Source of the DNA: Candidatus Omnitrophota bacterium
Lineage (GTDB): Bacteria > Omnitrophota > Gorgyraeia > Tantalellales > Tantalellaceae
Assembly (NCBI GenBank): GCA_024277375.1
Contig: JAJRVD010000027.1
Location: forward strand, 19,063 to 83,062
DNA length: 64,000 nt
Direction of reading: 5' to 3'
Each line of letters begins with the position of its first letter. Positions within the stretch are counted from its first letter, which is position 1. Under the pieces are notes generated by a model. The model saw nothing but the letters and a program-made list of their open reading frames with translations. It had not been told where the DNA came from and did no database searches. Shown here piece after piece: positions 8,872-18,451 of this stretch. The translations under genes were made by a program, and so were the position numbers.

Positions 8872-10013
8872 GTTATTAGGGATTTTTTTGTCAGGCCTTC
8901 GGCCTTTCTCTCAATGACAGTTTTTGAGGATAGATCGGTGATGAAGCTTGTGAGGGTATTTTTGTGCTTTATTGCCATCTTTAGGGTTTTGAGAGCGATA
9001 TGTGCTTCTTTGAAAAAAGAATCGGATGTTTTTAAGCAATGATCACGCGCCCCGGTCGTTTTTATTAATTTGCGGATCTTTAAGAGGTCTTGGTAGGTCT
9101 TTTTATCTTTTTTCATAAGACGAGCGAAGGTTGCTTTGTCCTTTCCTTTCAGGTCTTTATAGGTTTTCCATACCAGGAGCGTTTTTTTTGACTCGTCCAG
9201 GTCGGAAAGTATGGGTTTTCCTGTTTTTTTGCTTGTAGAAAAAACATCTAAAAGATCATCTTGTATCTGAAAAGCCTGTCCCAGGGCCAGGGCCAGTCCG
9301 GACAGCTTCTTCTGTTCGGCTTTGGAGGCGCCGGCTAATATCGCGCCGATAAGAAGAGGTCCTTCAAAGGTGTATCTGGCGGTCTTTAGGATATAGGTTA
9401 GAAAAACGTCGCGCCTCGTGATCTTCTCTATCTCTTTGACGTTGTTAACGACATCAAGAAATTCACCGATTCCGGTAGCGGCCGCGATATTGGTAAATAT
9501 CTTTAGAGCTTCTTTTTTACGCTTAGGCGGAGCATCAAATTCAGAAAGGGCGTCTACCGCCATCGCGAACATAATATCGCCCGTCACAATGCTCAAATTC
9601 GCTCCCAGATCGTTATTCAAGGGTACTCCCAGTTTTGAGTTGAATACTCTGTGTAAGGTGGGTTTGCCGCGTCTGAGATCGGAATTGTCTATAACATCGT
9701 CATGTACCAGCAAAAAATCGTGCAAGAGTTCAAGTGATAAAGAGCTCCGTAGAAGCTGTTTTCGTGGAACTTTACGCTTTTTTGTATATCCGAGGTATCC
9801 TAGGATGAAGAGCAGAGGCCGGATACGTTTACCGCTCCGCCCGAGGAAGTTCACGAGGCCGCTGAATAGCAGTCCGGAGGCCTTTTTGAGCTCCAGATTC
9901 TCGGTTGTTTCTTTAAGAAAGAGACCGAGCTCCATATCTATATCATTTCTTAGCTTAGCAAGCATGTTCAATACTGTATCATAAGTGTGATGGAGGGGCA
10001 ATAATATTCGCAT
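8868..10013 (-). CDS. Polyprenyl diphosphate synthase (trans-isoprenyl diphosphate synthase family)
   Basis: The first DDxxD motif is LLVHDDVIDNSDLRRGKPT. The second is FQIQDDLLDVF. KRIRP is near the N-terminus. The 4-nt overlap with ispH suggests an isoprenoid operon. Chain-length specificity cannot be told from the sequence. Confidence 0.85.
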   Translation of the reverse strand: MRILLPLHHTYDTVLNMLAKLRNDIDMELGLFLKETTENLELKKASGLLFSGLVNFLGRSGKRIRPLLFILGYLGYTKKRKVPRKQLLRSSLSLELLHDFLLVHDDVIDNSDLRRGKPTLHRVFNSKLGVPLNNDLGANLSIVTGDIMFAMAVDALSEFDAPPKRKKEALKIFTNIAAATGIGEFLDVVNNVKEIEKITRRDVFLTYILKTARYTFEGPLLIGAILAGASKAEQKKLSGLALALGQAFQIQDDLLDVFSTSKKTGKPILSDLDESKKTLLVWKTYKDLKGKDKATFARLMKKDKKTYQDLLKIRKLIKTTGARDHCLKTSDSFFKEAHIALKTLKMAIKHKNTLTSFITDLSSKTVIERKAEGLTKKSLIT

Positions 10014-10088
10014 TTTTAGCTTGAAATGGGGACCATATATTGTATAATAGGTAGCTCAATCAAGCACATTAAAAGGCGGGAGTTGATC

Positions 10089-10325
10089 ATGAAACCTAGA
10101 AAGAATTTTAGAAGTCGTCCCAAAAAGAATGGGGCAAAGAAAAGACAGAAAGTTTTAAGCCAAAAGAGAAGATTGGTCGCGGCAGGTGAGGACAAAGACA
10201 AAGTGGAAAAGCTGACACCAGTTGAGACCAGAAATCACCTTAAGGTAGTCGCTAAAAAGAAATCCGTAAAACCCGCGGTAAAGAAAAAGGCGAAGGCGCC
10301 TGCTAAAACTAAGGCCAAAGCGTAA
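10089..10325 (+). CDS. Small lysine/alanine-rich basic protein (histone H1/Hc1-like composition)
   Basis: MKPRKNFRSRPKKNGAKKRQ ... KKKSVKPAVKKKAKAPAKTKAKA. GGCGGGAG lies 8 nt upstream of the ATG at 10089. This is a low-complexity call only. Confidence 0.35.
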   Translation: MKPRKNFRSRPKKNGAKKRQKVLSQKRRLVAAGEDKDKVEKLTPVETRNHLKVVAKKKSVKPAVKKKAKAPAKTKAKA

Positions 10326-10352
10326 ATGGGAGGGGTATATTGCAATGTGCCC

Positions 10353-12245
10353 CTATAGAAATCTATTGTAAAAAACAAGGCTTCTTTTAGCTATCTTTAT
10401 CCAGCTGAATTCATCTTTAGCTAATTTAAATCCGTTTTTGGCGACCTTGTTTCGCAAAGCAGTATTCCGATTAAAGACCTTGTAAGCTCCTGCAAGGTCT
10501 TTTTTATTGGCAGGATTTACTATGAGACAGTTTTGTTTGTTCTTAAGGTATTTTGTTATTCCCGCGCGTTCGCTCGCTATCAGGGGGGTCCCGCACGCCA
10601 TCGCTTCCGCTGCCGTCATGCCGAAAGGTTCGAATTTTGAGGGAAGTACAAAGAAATTCGCCCTGCGGTAATAGATGGGCATAAGCTCATCTTTAATGTG
10701 GTGGGCAAAAAACACTCTGCTTTTTATATGAGTTTTGTTGATTATTGCCATAAGGTTTTTTCTTAGTCTTTTCTCTTCGGGGGTGGGGTTCTTGGACCCT
10801 CCGCCGATTACCAGAAAAAGATCCTTTTCTTTTGTTACAATTTGAGCGAAAGCGTTTAACAGGTAGTCGAGACCTTTGTTGGTAGCGAATCTACCTACCC
10901 AGAATATATAATTTTGAGGTACATCTATCTTTTTCTCTTTTTCCCCTTTTTTGAGGGGGCGAAAAAATGACGTATTTACGCCCGCGGGCAGTACAGCATA
11001 ATTCTTCTTATTGTAATTGTAAAACCGCTTGGAGTGTTTTATCATATCTGTCGATGTCATTACCAGGCCCCTGGTTTTTTTGTAAACGATCTTCTCTATT
11101 TTTATACGCTTTTTGAAATTGTAAAGTTTTTCCATCTTGATCGGATCGCCGCCCATGTGTTCTTTTTTCCAGGCACCCAAAGAGTGGAAAGTATGAAAAA
11201 AGCAGGTTCCCAGACGTTCAGTAAGTGTCATCGCTACGTATCCGGCGTCCCAGTAATGAGAGTGATATATGTTGTATTTCAGGTTCTCCTTTTTGATGAA
11301 TTTCTGCATGTTATCTACGAACTCATCCAAATAGGGGAGAAGTCTCTCTTTCGCGATAAATTTTGTTCCTCCACACGGTATCCTGATGATACGAACATCT
11401 TTTGTGACGCGCTCAACCGCTTTTTTCCCTTGAAATTTACGCGTATAGATATCTACTTTTATACCTTTTTCGGCTAGGGCTTTGGAGAGTTCAAGGACAT
11501 ATGTTACTTGCCCGCCGGTATCTGTTTTGCCAAGAATTGGTTTGGGGTCGACATAGCCATGGACAGTAAGCATGGCTATGCTTTTGATTTTTCCCGCGTG
11601 TTTTTTTAACTCAATTATTGAATAATTCGCATCAAGGATGATATCCGCGAGTTTATTATGTTTTGAAATTATTCTGTGTTCGATGGCTAGAATATGTTCG
11701 TCAAATTTATCTATTTTGTCACGTTTTCTGGCCATACGAGCTTCCAGGGTTTCTTTATGCGTGCGCGCGAGGAATATTTTTTTATCTATGTTCTTAAGAA
11801 GAGAAGTGAAGGTTCCTTCTACGATCAGGACCTTAGTGGTTTTACATTTTAGGGTCTCCCTGTCGATCTTATTCTTCTCGAAATCGACAAGAGGTTTGTT
11901 GATCTCGGTCGTTTTAAGATTTTTAAAACGCCTGATATGGCCATTTATCGAGGTGAGGTTTACCTCGCTCGTTCCCACGATTGAGATATCCTTTCGCCGC
12001 AGCTTATAATTGGTCTTTGGCGGATGCTTAAAGTAATCGTCCTGATGGAGTATCAGCGTTTTTATCTTTTTTTTCTCCAAGAGAGCCTTTAGCTCGTATG
12101 CGATCTCAGATTTACCCGATCCGGATTCGCCTCCTATGCCAATGACGTACTTGTCAGATGGGGATATCTCCGGCGAGATCGCTTTAGCTATTTTTCTCGC
12201 CGCGTCGGTATGGTGGGGTTTTATTAAGAGCTTATCGCCTATCAT
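10353..12245 (-). CDS. Fusion protein: N-terminal uridine-kinase/PRK-like P-loop domain plus C-terminal GT4 glycosyltransferase (sucrose-phosphate-synthase-like)
   Basis: The N-terminus carries Walker A VIGIGGESGSGKSEIA and LILHQDDYF, as in uridine kinase/phosphoribulokinase. The C-terminal 420 aa carry GT4/SPS signatures: TGGQVTYVLELSKALAEKG and EPFGMTAAEAMACGTPLIASERAG (the EX7E motif). Confidence 0.75.
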   Translation of the reverse strand: MIGDKLLIKPHHTDAARKIAKAISPEISPSDKYVIGIGGESGSGKSEIAYELKALLEKKKIKTLILHQDDYFKHPPKTNYKLRRKDISIVGTSEVNLTSINGHIRRFKNLKTTEINKPLVDFEKNKIDRETLKCKTTKVLIVEGTFTSLLKNIDKKIFLARTHKETLEARMARKRDKIDKFDEHILAIEHRIISKHNKLADIILDANYSIIELKKHAGKIKSIAMLTVHGYVDPKPILGKTDTGGQVTYVLELSKALAEKGIKVDIYTRKFQGKKAVERVTKDVRIIRIPCGGTKFIAKERLLPYLDEFVDNMQKFIKKENLKYNIYHSHYWDAGYVAMTLTERLGTCFFHTFHSLGAWKKEHMGGDPIKMEKLYNFKKRIKIEKIVYKKTRGLVMTSTDMIKHSKRFYNYNKKNYAVLPAGVNTSFFRPLKKGEKEKKIDVPQNYIFWVGRFATNKGLDYLLNAFAQIVTKEKDLFLVIGGGSKNPTPEEKRLRKNLMAIINKTHIKSRVFFAHHIKDELMPIYYRRANFFVLPSKFEPFGMTAAEAMACGTPLIASERAGITKYLKNKQNCLIVNPANKKDLAGAYKVFNRNTALRNKVAKNGFKLAKDEFSWIKIAKRSLVFYNRFL

Positions 12246-12329
12246 GTGAACCGTCCTTTAGAGTAGAGGGTAGGGGCGTAATGCGTTACGTCCCTACGTT
12301 TTAATATTATTTATTGTGAACGATTTTTA

Positions 12330-12357
12330 TTGCTATATATCTCGCAGTACTTATAAT
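12330..12357 (+). promoter_or_regulatory. Candidate sigma70-type promoter for glgP (TTGCTA-16 nt-TATAAT)
   Basis: TTGCTA at 12330-12335 and TATAAT at 12352-12357 with a 16-nt spacer, about 55 nt upstream of the glgP start. It lies in the divergent intergenic region. Confidence 0.25.
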
Positions 12358-12410
12358 ATACATGAAAATGACGAAATATCCTACACATATAAAGCGTTGA
12401 TCAAATTATC

Positions 12411-14861
12411 GTGAGAAAAACTGAAAAAGAAAAGATTATAGAAGACCTTAAAAGTGATTTTTTGCGTAATCGCAAATACTCGCTTGCCAAAGATGTTTAT
12501 ACCTCCACTGATTACGATAATTTTAAGTCATTGGCTATGACGATACGTGATCGCCTGATCGAGAGATGGATACTGACCCAACAGAGGTATCATGACGAGA
12601 ACAGTAAAAGAGTATATTATCTTTCCCTGGAGTTTCTTCCCGGTCGATTTTTATCTAACAATATGATCAATTTGGATATTCTCGAAGAATGCAAGAGCGC
12701 CGTTAGTGAAATTGGATTAAATCTGGAAGACTTATGCGAACAGGAAGTAGACCCCGGGCTTGGCAATGGCGGGCTTGGCAGGCTAGCGGCTTGTTTTCTC
12801 GACTCGATGGCTACGCTTGGTATCCCAGCGACAGGTTACGGGATCCGGTATGATTATGGAATATTTAAACAAAAAATTGAAAAAGGATTTCAGGTAGAAG
12901 TTCCGGAAGAATGGCTTCGCCTGGGCAACCCATGGGAATTTGAAATGCCGGAGGTGACGCTTAAGATCCGTCTTTACGGTAAAACCATTAAACGTACGGA
13001 CAAAAATGGTAAGTTATGTGTGGATTGGGTGGATACCAGTGACATATTGGCAATGCCTTATGATACCCCGATCGCCGGATACAGGAACGGTGTGGTCAAT
13101 AACCTGAGACTTTGGTCAGCGAGAAGTACTGAAGAATTCGATCTTGATTATTTTCATGATGGAGACTATATAAAAGCATGTGAAGACAAGATAGTTACTG
13201 AAAATATCTCGCGAGTACTCTATCCGAGCGATAATGTGTACAAGGGCCTTGAATTGCGTCTTAAACAGGAATATTTTTTCACCTCCGCGTCAATACAGGA
13301 TATTATTCGTCGTTTCAAGATGCACAATAACGACTTTAGCGCTTTCCCTGAAAAAACAGCGATCCATCTCAATGACACGCATCCGGCTGTAGCGATAATA
13401 GAGTTGATGCGTATTCTTTTGGACGAAGAAGAATTAGATTGGGATATGGCCTGGGGTATTACGACCGGAACATTCGCTTACACCAACCACACGATCCTCC
13501 CCGAGGCCTTAGAGGCCTGGCCGGTATCGCTCTTTGGTAAACTATTGCCCAGGCATCTTGAGTTGATCTATGAAATAAATATGAGGTTTCTTAAGGACGT
13601 AGCCAAACATTTTCCGCACGATCAGGATAGGCTTAAACGTATGTCGTTAATAGAAGAAGGACCAAATAAAAAGTTGAGAATGAGTCACCTATGTATCGTA
13701 GGAAGTCATTCGGTGAATGGAGTTTCAAAGCTTCATACGGAATTATTGAAGACGACTCTTTTTAAAGATTTTTACGAGTTTTGTCCGGAGAAGTTCAATT
13801 CGAAGACGAACGGTATTACACAAAGACGGTGGCTTAAAAAAGCAAATTCTTCTTTAGCTCAGTTAATAACCACCAAGATCGGTGATGAGTGGACCGGAGA
13901 TCTTACACAATTAAAAAAATTAATTCCATTGTCATCCGATCGGCTTTTTAAGAAAAAATGGAGTCAGATCAAAAGGGATAACAAAATAAAGTTTGCCGAG
14001 TACGTAAAGAACGGAACGGGTGTTATTATCGATCCTGATTCTATTTTTGATGTGCAGGTAAAAAGAGTGCATGAATACAAAAGACAAGTTCTTTTCGCGT
14101 TCTATCTGATAGCGCGCTATCTCAGGATAAAACATAATCCAAAAAAAAACGTAGTTCCAAGAACGGCTATTTTTGCCGGGAAGGCCGCCCCGGGATACGC
14201 GAGAGCGAAGCTGATAATAAAATTCATCAATAATATCGCGGATGTTATTAATAAAGATCCGGAGATAAATGATAAGTTGAAAGTTGTTTTTCTGGAAAAC
14301 TATTCTGTGTCCATGGCAGAGAGGATATTTCCGGCAAGTGATCTGTCGGAACAGATATCAACCGCCGGGAAAGAAGCCTCGGGTACCGGAAATATGAAGT
14401 TCATGCTTAATGGCGCGCTTACTATAGGGACATGGGACGGCGCGAATATAGAGATCGCCGAGGAAGTTGGCCTCGATAATATTTTTATTTTTGGACTAAA
14501 AGCGGATAAGATCGCTCAGATCAAGGCAACAGGGTATAATCCGCATGAGTACGTCAAGAAAAACCCGCTTCTGAATGAGTCTCTTTCTCTTATTAAGGAA
14601 GACTTTTTCTCGCAGTTTGAACCCGGGATATTTAAACCTTTGTGCGATTCACTTATCTGGCATGACGAATACATGATCTTTGCCGACTTTGAGGATTATG
14701 TCGCGACACAAGATAAAGTTTCAAAGGCATATCGTGATCAGGAAAAATGGACAGAAAGATCTATAATGAACACCGCTAATTCCGGAAGGTTCTCCAGTGA
14801 CAGGACAGTTGCTGAGTATGCCGAAGACATCTGGGGAGTGGATCATAACGGAAAAAAATGA
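12411..14861 (+). CDS. glgP: Glycogen/alpha-glucan phosphorylase
   Basis: The pyridoxal-phosphate site EASGTGNMKFMLNGALTIGTWDGANIE is present. At 816 aa the length fits. The overall GT35 pattern is present (LGNGGLGRLAACFLDS). GTG start. Confidence 0.9.
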   Translation: MRKTEKEKIIEDLKSDFLRNRKYSLAKDVYTSTDYDNFKSLAMTIRDRLIERWILTQQRYHDENSKRVYYLSLEFLPGRFLSNNMINLDILEECKSAVSEIGLNLEDLCEQEVDPGLGNGGLGRLAACFLDSMATLGIPATGYGIRYDYGIFKQKIEKGFQVEVPEEWLRLGNPWEFEMPEVTLKIRLYGKTIKRTDKNGKLCVDWVDTSDILAMPYDTPIAGYRNGVVNNLRLWSARSTEEFDLDYFHDGDYIKACEDKIVTENISRVLYPSDNVYKGLELRLKQEYFFTSASIQDIIRRFKMHNNDFSAFPEKTAIHLNDTHPAVAIIELMRILLDEEELDWDMAWGITTGTFAYTNHTILPEALEAWPVSLFGKLLPRHLELIYEINMRFLKDVAKHFPHDQDRLKRMSLIEEGPNKKLRMSHLCIVGSHSVNGVSKLHTELLKTTLFKDFYEFCPEKFNSKTNGITQRRWLKKANSSLAQLITTKIGDEWTGDLTQLKKLIPLSSDRLFKKKWSQIKRDNKIKFAEYVKNGTGVIIDPDSIFDVQVKRVHEYKRQVLFAFYLIARYLRIKHNPKKNVVPRTAIFAGKAAPGYARAKLIIKFINNIADVINKDPEINDKLKVVFLENYSVSMAERIFPASDLSEQISTAGKEASGTGNMKFMLNGALTIGTWDGANIEIAEEVGLDNIFIFGLKADKIAQIKATGYNPHEYVKKNPLLNESLSLIKEDFFSQFEPGIFKPLCDSLIWHDEYMIFADFEDYVATQDKVSKAYRDQEKWTERSIMNTANSGRFSSDRTVAEYAEDIWGVDHNGKK

Positions 14862-16879
14862 AGAAATATTTGTTGCACGACGATAATGGTAAACTAGAGA
14901 CCCATATAGATTTCAAAGGGAGTCTTAACGATCAGCAGTATGAAGTTGTAACCGCCGCGGAAGGCCCATGTCTTGTTCTCGCCGGCGCGGGAAGCGGTAA
15001 GACCCGAACTCTCATATATCGCCTGGCATATCTTTTGGAACGTGGAATCCCCCCGGGTAATATTTTGCTTATGACCTTTACTAATAAGGCAGCGAGAGAG
15101 ATGCGCGAGCGCACTGAAATGCTTTTAAAGTACAGGCCCAAAGGGTTATGGAGCGGGACATTCCATCATGTGGGGAATAGATCTTTACGCGCGTACGCTC
15201 CCGAAGTTGGTTACGAACGAGACTTTGGTATACTTGACCAGCATGATTCCCGTGAGATTATTAAGTCATGTGTAAAAAAAATGCGTATTAGTCCGGGAAA
15301 AGAAAAGTTTCCTAAGCCGTCGGTGATACAGGCAGTAATAAGTCTCGCGACAAATACCCAAAGAATCACTAAAGAAGTCTTGGAGGATAGATTCCCGTAT
15401 CTATTGAAATTCGCGCCACAGATAAGCGCGATAAAAGATCTCTATGAAAAAAAGAAAGTTTCATCGGGGAACATGGATTATGACGATCTTCTTTCAAAAT
15501 GGAAATGGCTTCTGGAGAACGTAACTGAGGTAAGAAAAAGATATTCTGAGCAGTTTCGGTACATAATGGTAGATGAATATCAGGATACGAACTTTCTTCA
15601 AGCGGACATAATAAATATCCTTAGCGGTCACCACTGTAATTTATTGGCGGTAGGAGATGACGCCCAATCTATTTATTCATTTCGCGGTGCCCGAGTAGAG
15701 AATATACTACAGTTCCCAAAAAAGTTTAAGAGCGCCAAGGTCTTTAAACTGGAGATCAACTATCGTTCAACTCCCGAAATACTGGACTTGGCGAATGATT
15801 CTCTTTTAAATAATGAGAACCAGTTTGAAAAACAGCTTAAAGCGGTAAACCCGTCTATAGATAAGCCCGCGCTGGTCGAAGTAAGAGATCCTTATGCTCA
15901 GGCGAAATTCATCGCGCAGAGGGTAAAAGAAATGCGTGAAGAGGGTATTGAGATGAAAGATATCGCTGTTCTTTTCAGGGCGCATTATCAGTCAGCCGAG
16001 CTTGAAATGGAGCTTGTTAAGAGAGGAATGCCATATATTGTCCGAGGAGGAATACGCTTTTTTGAACAGGCTCATATCAAGGATGTATTGGCTTATTTGA
16101 AAATAGTCATTAATCCTATTGATGAAGTAGCCTGGATCCGGGCTCTTGTTCTGTGTCCTGGTATCGGACCGGGATATGCGGAGAAGATATATTCCGCTTT
16201 TTGCGGATCGGGCACTGATATTGCAAGATTTCTGAAAAGTGGTTTCGTGAATAATTTGCCCAAAAAAGCGCAGGATGGATACGGGCGATTTCAGAAGATA
16301 ATGCGCGCTATAATTTCTGAAGATGTCAACGGTGATACCGGGAGCATGATAGCAGCCGTATTGGACGCGGGGTATGAAACGCATCTTCAGGTAGCTTTCG
16401 AGAACGCGAAAGACCGCGTAGACGATATACATGAACTGATAAATTTTTCTCATGAATATGAGACATGCGCGGATTTTTTAAGTGATATAACGCTCAGGGA
16501 AGGATTTAGGGGAGAGATTGTTCAGGACGGGCAAGACGAAGAATAACAGCTTGTGCTTTCAACCATACATCAGGCAAAAGGTTTAGAGTGGAAGGCTGTT
16601 TTTGTGATAGGTCTTTGTGAAGGGCAGTTCCCGCATCCCAAGGCTTATGCGGAATCGGCGGAGATGGAAGAAGAGAGGCGTCTTTTTTATGTAGCGGCAA
16701 CCAGAGCGGAAGAATTTTTATACCTTATTCATCCCCGTACGCGTTATGACTATCAGCAGGGGACGGTAATAGCTCGCCAGAGCAGATTTCTTGAAGAATT
16801 GGATCCGGATGATTATGAGGTGTGGGAAGTGGGGTCGAATTCGTTCCCAAGCAACGAAGAAAGGACCATTGAGCTGTAA
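14858..16879 (+). CDS. uvrD: UvrD/PcrA-type ATP-dependent DNA helicase, interrupted by one in-frame TAA (16544-16546); possible pseudogene or readthrough
   Basis: Walker A LAGAGSGKTRTLIYRLAYLL and motif II MVDEYQDTN are present. The C-terminal piece (16553-16879) carries motif VI, LSTIHQAKGLEWKAVFVIGL...RRLFYVAATRAEEFLYL. Both parts are in the same frame and are separated only by TAA, CAG, CTT. The track splits the gene into 562-aa and 108-aa ORFs. Confidence 0.8.
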
Positions 16880-17301
16880 TGAAACAATTTGCCGCGGGCG
16901 GTGTGGTAATAAAAAAAGAAAGAGGAATCCCAAAAATTCTTCTCATAAAAGATAGCTACGGTCATTGGACCTGGCCGAAGGGGCATATGGAGAAGAAAGA
17001 AACGCTTGAAGAAACGGCCCTGAGGGAGATCGCCGAGGAGACCGGCCAGAAGAAAACAGAGATAGTGAAAAAGATAGGGGAGCAGAAATATATTTTTACG
17101 CTTCGTGGTAAAAAAATATCTAAAATCGTTTACATTTTTTTGATAAAAGCACAGGCGCGAGAAAAACTTGTAGTACAAGCTTCGGAAATAGAGAAGGCAA
17201 AGTGGTTCCGGGCAGAAGAGGCGCTGGAGAAGATAGAGTACAAAGGTTCTCGCGCGCTACTTAAGAAGGGAATAGAGGCGTTTAAAAGGAAATATTGCTG
17301 A
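16879..17301 (+). CDS. NUDIX hydrolase
   Basis: A canonical Nudix box GHMEKKETLEETALREIAEETG (GX5EX7REUXEEXGU) is present. TAATG overlap with the helicase stop. Confidence 0.8.
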   Translation: MKQFAAGGVVIKKERGIPKILLIKDSYGHWTWPKGHMEKKETLEETALREIAEETGQKKTEIVKKIGEQKYIFTLRGKKISKIVYIFLIKAQAREKLVVQASEIEKAKWFRAEEALEKIEYKGSRALLKKGIEAFKRKYC

Positions 17302-17306
17302 TAGGT

Positions 17307-17414
17307 GACGTAGGAGCGCCTTCCACCGCCGCCAAGGTCTTCGACGGACAGGCCGGCCGCGAACATAAAAATTGTCATCCTGAGCGAGGCCGTTAGGCCG
17401 AGCCGAAGGATCTC
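17307..17414 (+). repeat. Composite intergenic repeat: REP-B variant (gacgtaggagcgcc...ggccgcgaac) followed by REP family C (tgtcatcctgagcgaggcc...gccgagccgaaggatctc)
   Basis: Both halves recur elsewhere in the window. Family C is at 29647-29695, 42445-42521 and 55372-55415. Confidence 0.6.
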
Positions 17415-17420
17415 TGAAAA

Positions 17421-18044
17421 ATGAGTACTATTATAAAATCCATATTTTTCGATCTTGGTAACGTCTTGGTTAAACTTAAGCCGGAAATGCTTGCGGAGGG
17501 TTTTGCCCCTTATTGTAAGGCTAAAAAGGGTGAGATCATCCCCTATGTTATGGAGCAATCCAAGCAAGTGGATAGATACATGGAAGGTAAATCCACGTCT
17601 TCTCAGTTTTATACAAACACCTGCAAATATTTTAAAATGAAGATCAAGTATTACGACTTTTACGAGATCTGGAACAGTATGTTCGATCCGTATCCGGAGA
17701 TGGATGATATTATAAGGACTCTTAAAAAAGACTATCCCGAAATTAAATTGCTGCTGCTTTCTAATACCAATGAGGCGCATTACGGATATATTAAAGAGAA
17801 GTATAAGATCTTGGAAGTATTGGATCATCATGTGGTTTCACACGAAGTCGGTGCTCAAAAACCTGACCCCAAAATATTTAATGAGGCGTTAAAGATAGCC
17901 GGTAGTATTTCCAAAAATACCTTTTATACGGATGATCGTCAGGATCTGATTGATGCCGCGCGTGTTATGGGTCTTCGGGCGTTTCAATTTACAGATCACG
18001 AATCTTTTAGCAAACAACTCTCCAAGTTTGAAATTAACGTATAA
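17421..18044 (+). CDS. HAD-superfamily phosphatase, YihX-like (alpha-D-glucose-1-phosphate phosphatase type)
   Basis: The N-terminus IFFDLGNVLV matches the YihX-type motif I. A C-terminal YTDDRQDLIDAA motif IV-like segment is present. Confidence 0.7.
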   Translation: MSTIIKSIFFDLGNVLVKLKPEMLAEGFAPYCKAKKGEIIPYVMEQSKQVDRYMEGKSTSSQFYTNTCKYFKMKIKYYDFYEIWNSMFDPYPEMDDIIRTLKKDYPEIKLLLLSNTNEAHYGYIKEKYKILEVLDHHVVSHEVGAQKPDPKIFNEALKIAGSISKNTFYTDDRQDLIDAARVMGLRAFQFTDHESFSKQLSKFEINV

Positions 18045-18060
18045 GAATAGGTAGGCTTGA

Positions 18061-18152
18061 TATATGAGGGGCCATACCGTGCTCAAACATGCGGAAGAAC
18101 AGAAGTATTATTCTGTTCTTCCGAACTGCGCGCGGTATGGCCCCTCATATAT
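18061..18152. repeat. Compound hairpin (20-bp outer stem atatatgaggggccataccg / cggtatggcccctcatatat enclosing an inner 11-bp hairpin)
   Basis: Outer arms at 18061-18080 and 18133-18152 are perfect inverted repeats. The inner segment ggaagaacagaa...ttctgttctcc also pairs. The motif ccgaactgcgcgcggta recurs at 48987-49003. Confidence 0.6.
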
Positions 18153-18240
18153 CAAGCCCTGGAATAGTAATGTTATCCTGAACGAAATGTTCGTAGGGCA
18201 TGAAGCTGAATGATTTCAATTGAAAGCTATTCTGTGGAGT

Positions 18241-18280
18241 GGGGGGACAGAGCCTTTTTGGGCAAAAAGGCTCTGTCCCC
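18241..18280. repeat. Palindromic repeat family A (GGGGACAG-N-CCTTTTTGGGCAAAAAGG-N-CTGTCCCC)
   Basis: A perfect hairpin with a roughly 17-bp stem. Related copies are at 18694-18733 and 55531-55590. Confidence 0.65.
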
Positions 18281-18451
18281 ATTTTAACTATAGATGTAGT
18301 GTGGGATGTTAAATGATTATAATAAAAGCACTTATGCTCAAAAGCCGTTAACATTCAAAAAGGTAGCCATGTGGCCTTGCTAATGTTGTTACTATTGGGT
18401 AACATATAAGTGCAAATAAAAGGTAGATAGGGGCTAAAGAATATATCTTTG

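Noticed and set aside
9418-9984. 188-aa plus-strand ORF
   Set aside because: Entirely antisense to the well-supported polyprenyl synthase gene. It is Ser/Arg-rich and looks like a spurious frame.
11034-12009. Plus-strand ORFs of 147 and 123 aa inside the GT4 fusion gene
   Set aside because: Antisense to a motif-supported 630-aa gene. Hydrophobic, low-complexity translation.
12268-12298. Hairpin gtaggggcgtaatgcgttacgtccctac as a Rho-independent terminator
   Set aside because: It lies upstream of the start of the minus-strand GT gene and upstream of glgP. No gene therefore ends at it. It is more likely part of the divergent promoter or leader region, or a degenerate repeat (it shares the gtagggg/cccctac stem with family D).
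16553-16879. Separate 108-aa gene downstream of the helicase
   Set aside because: It is in the same frame as the upstream 562-aa ORF. It is separated only by TAA plus two codons. It carries UvrD motif VI. It is therefore the C-terminus of the helicase, not an independent gene.
16813-17178. 121-aa minus-strand ORF overlapping the Nudix gene
   Set aside because: Antisense to a Nudix gene with a canonical Nudix box.
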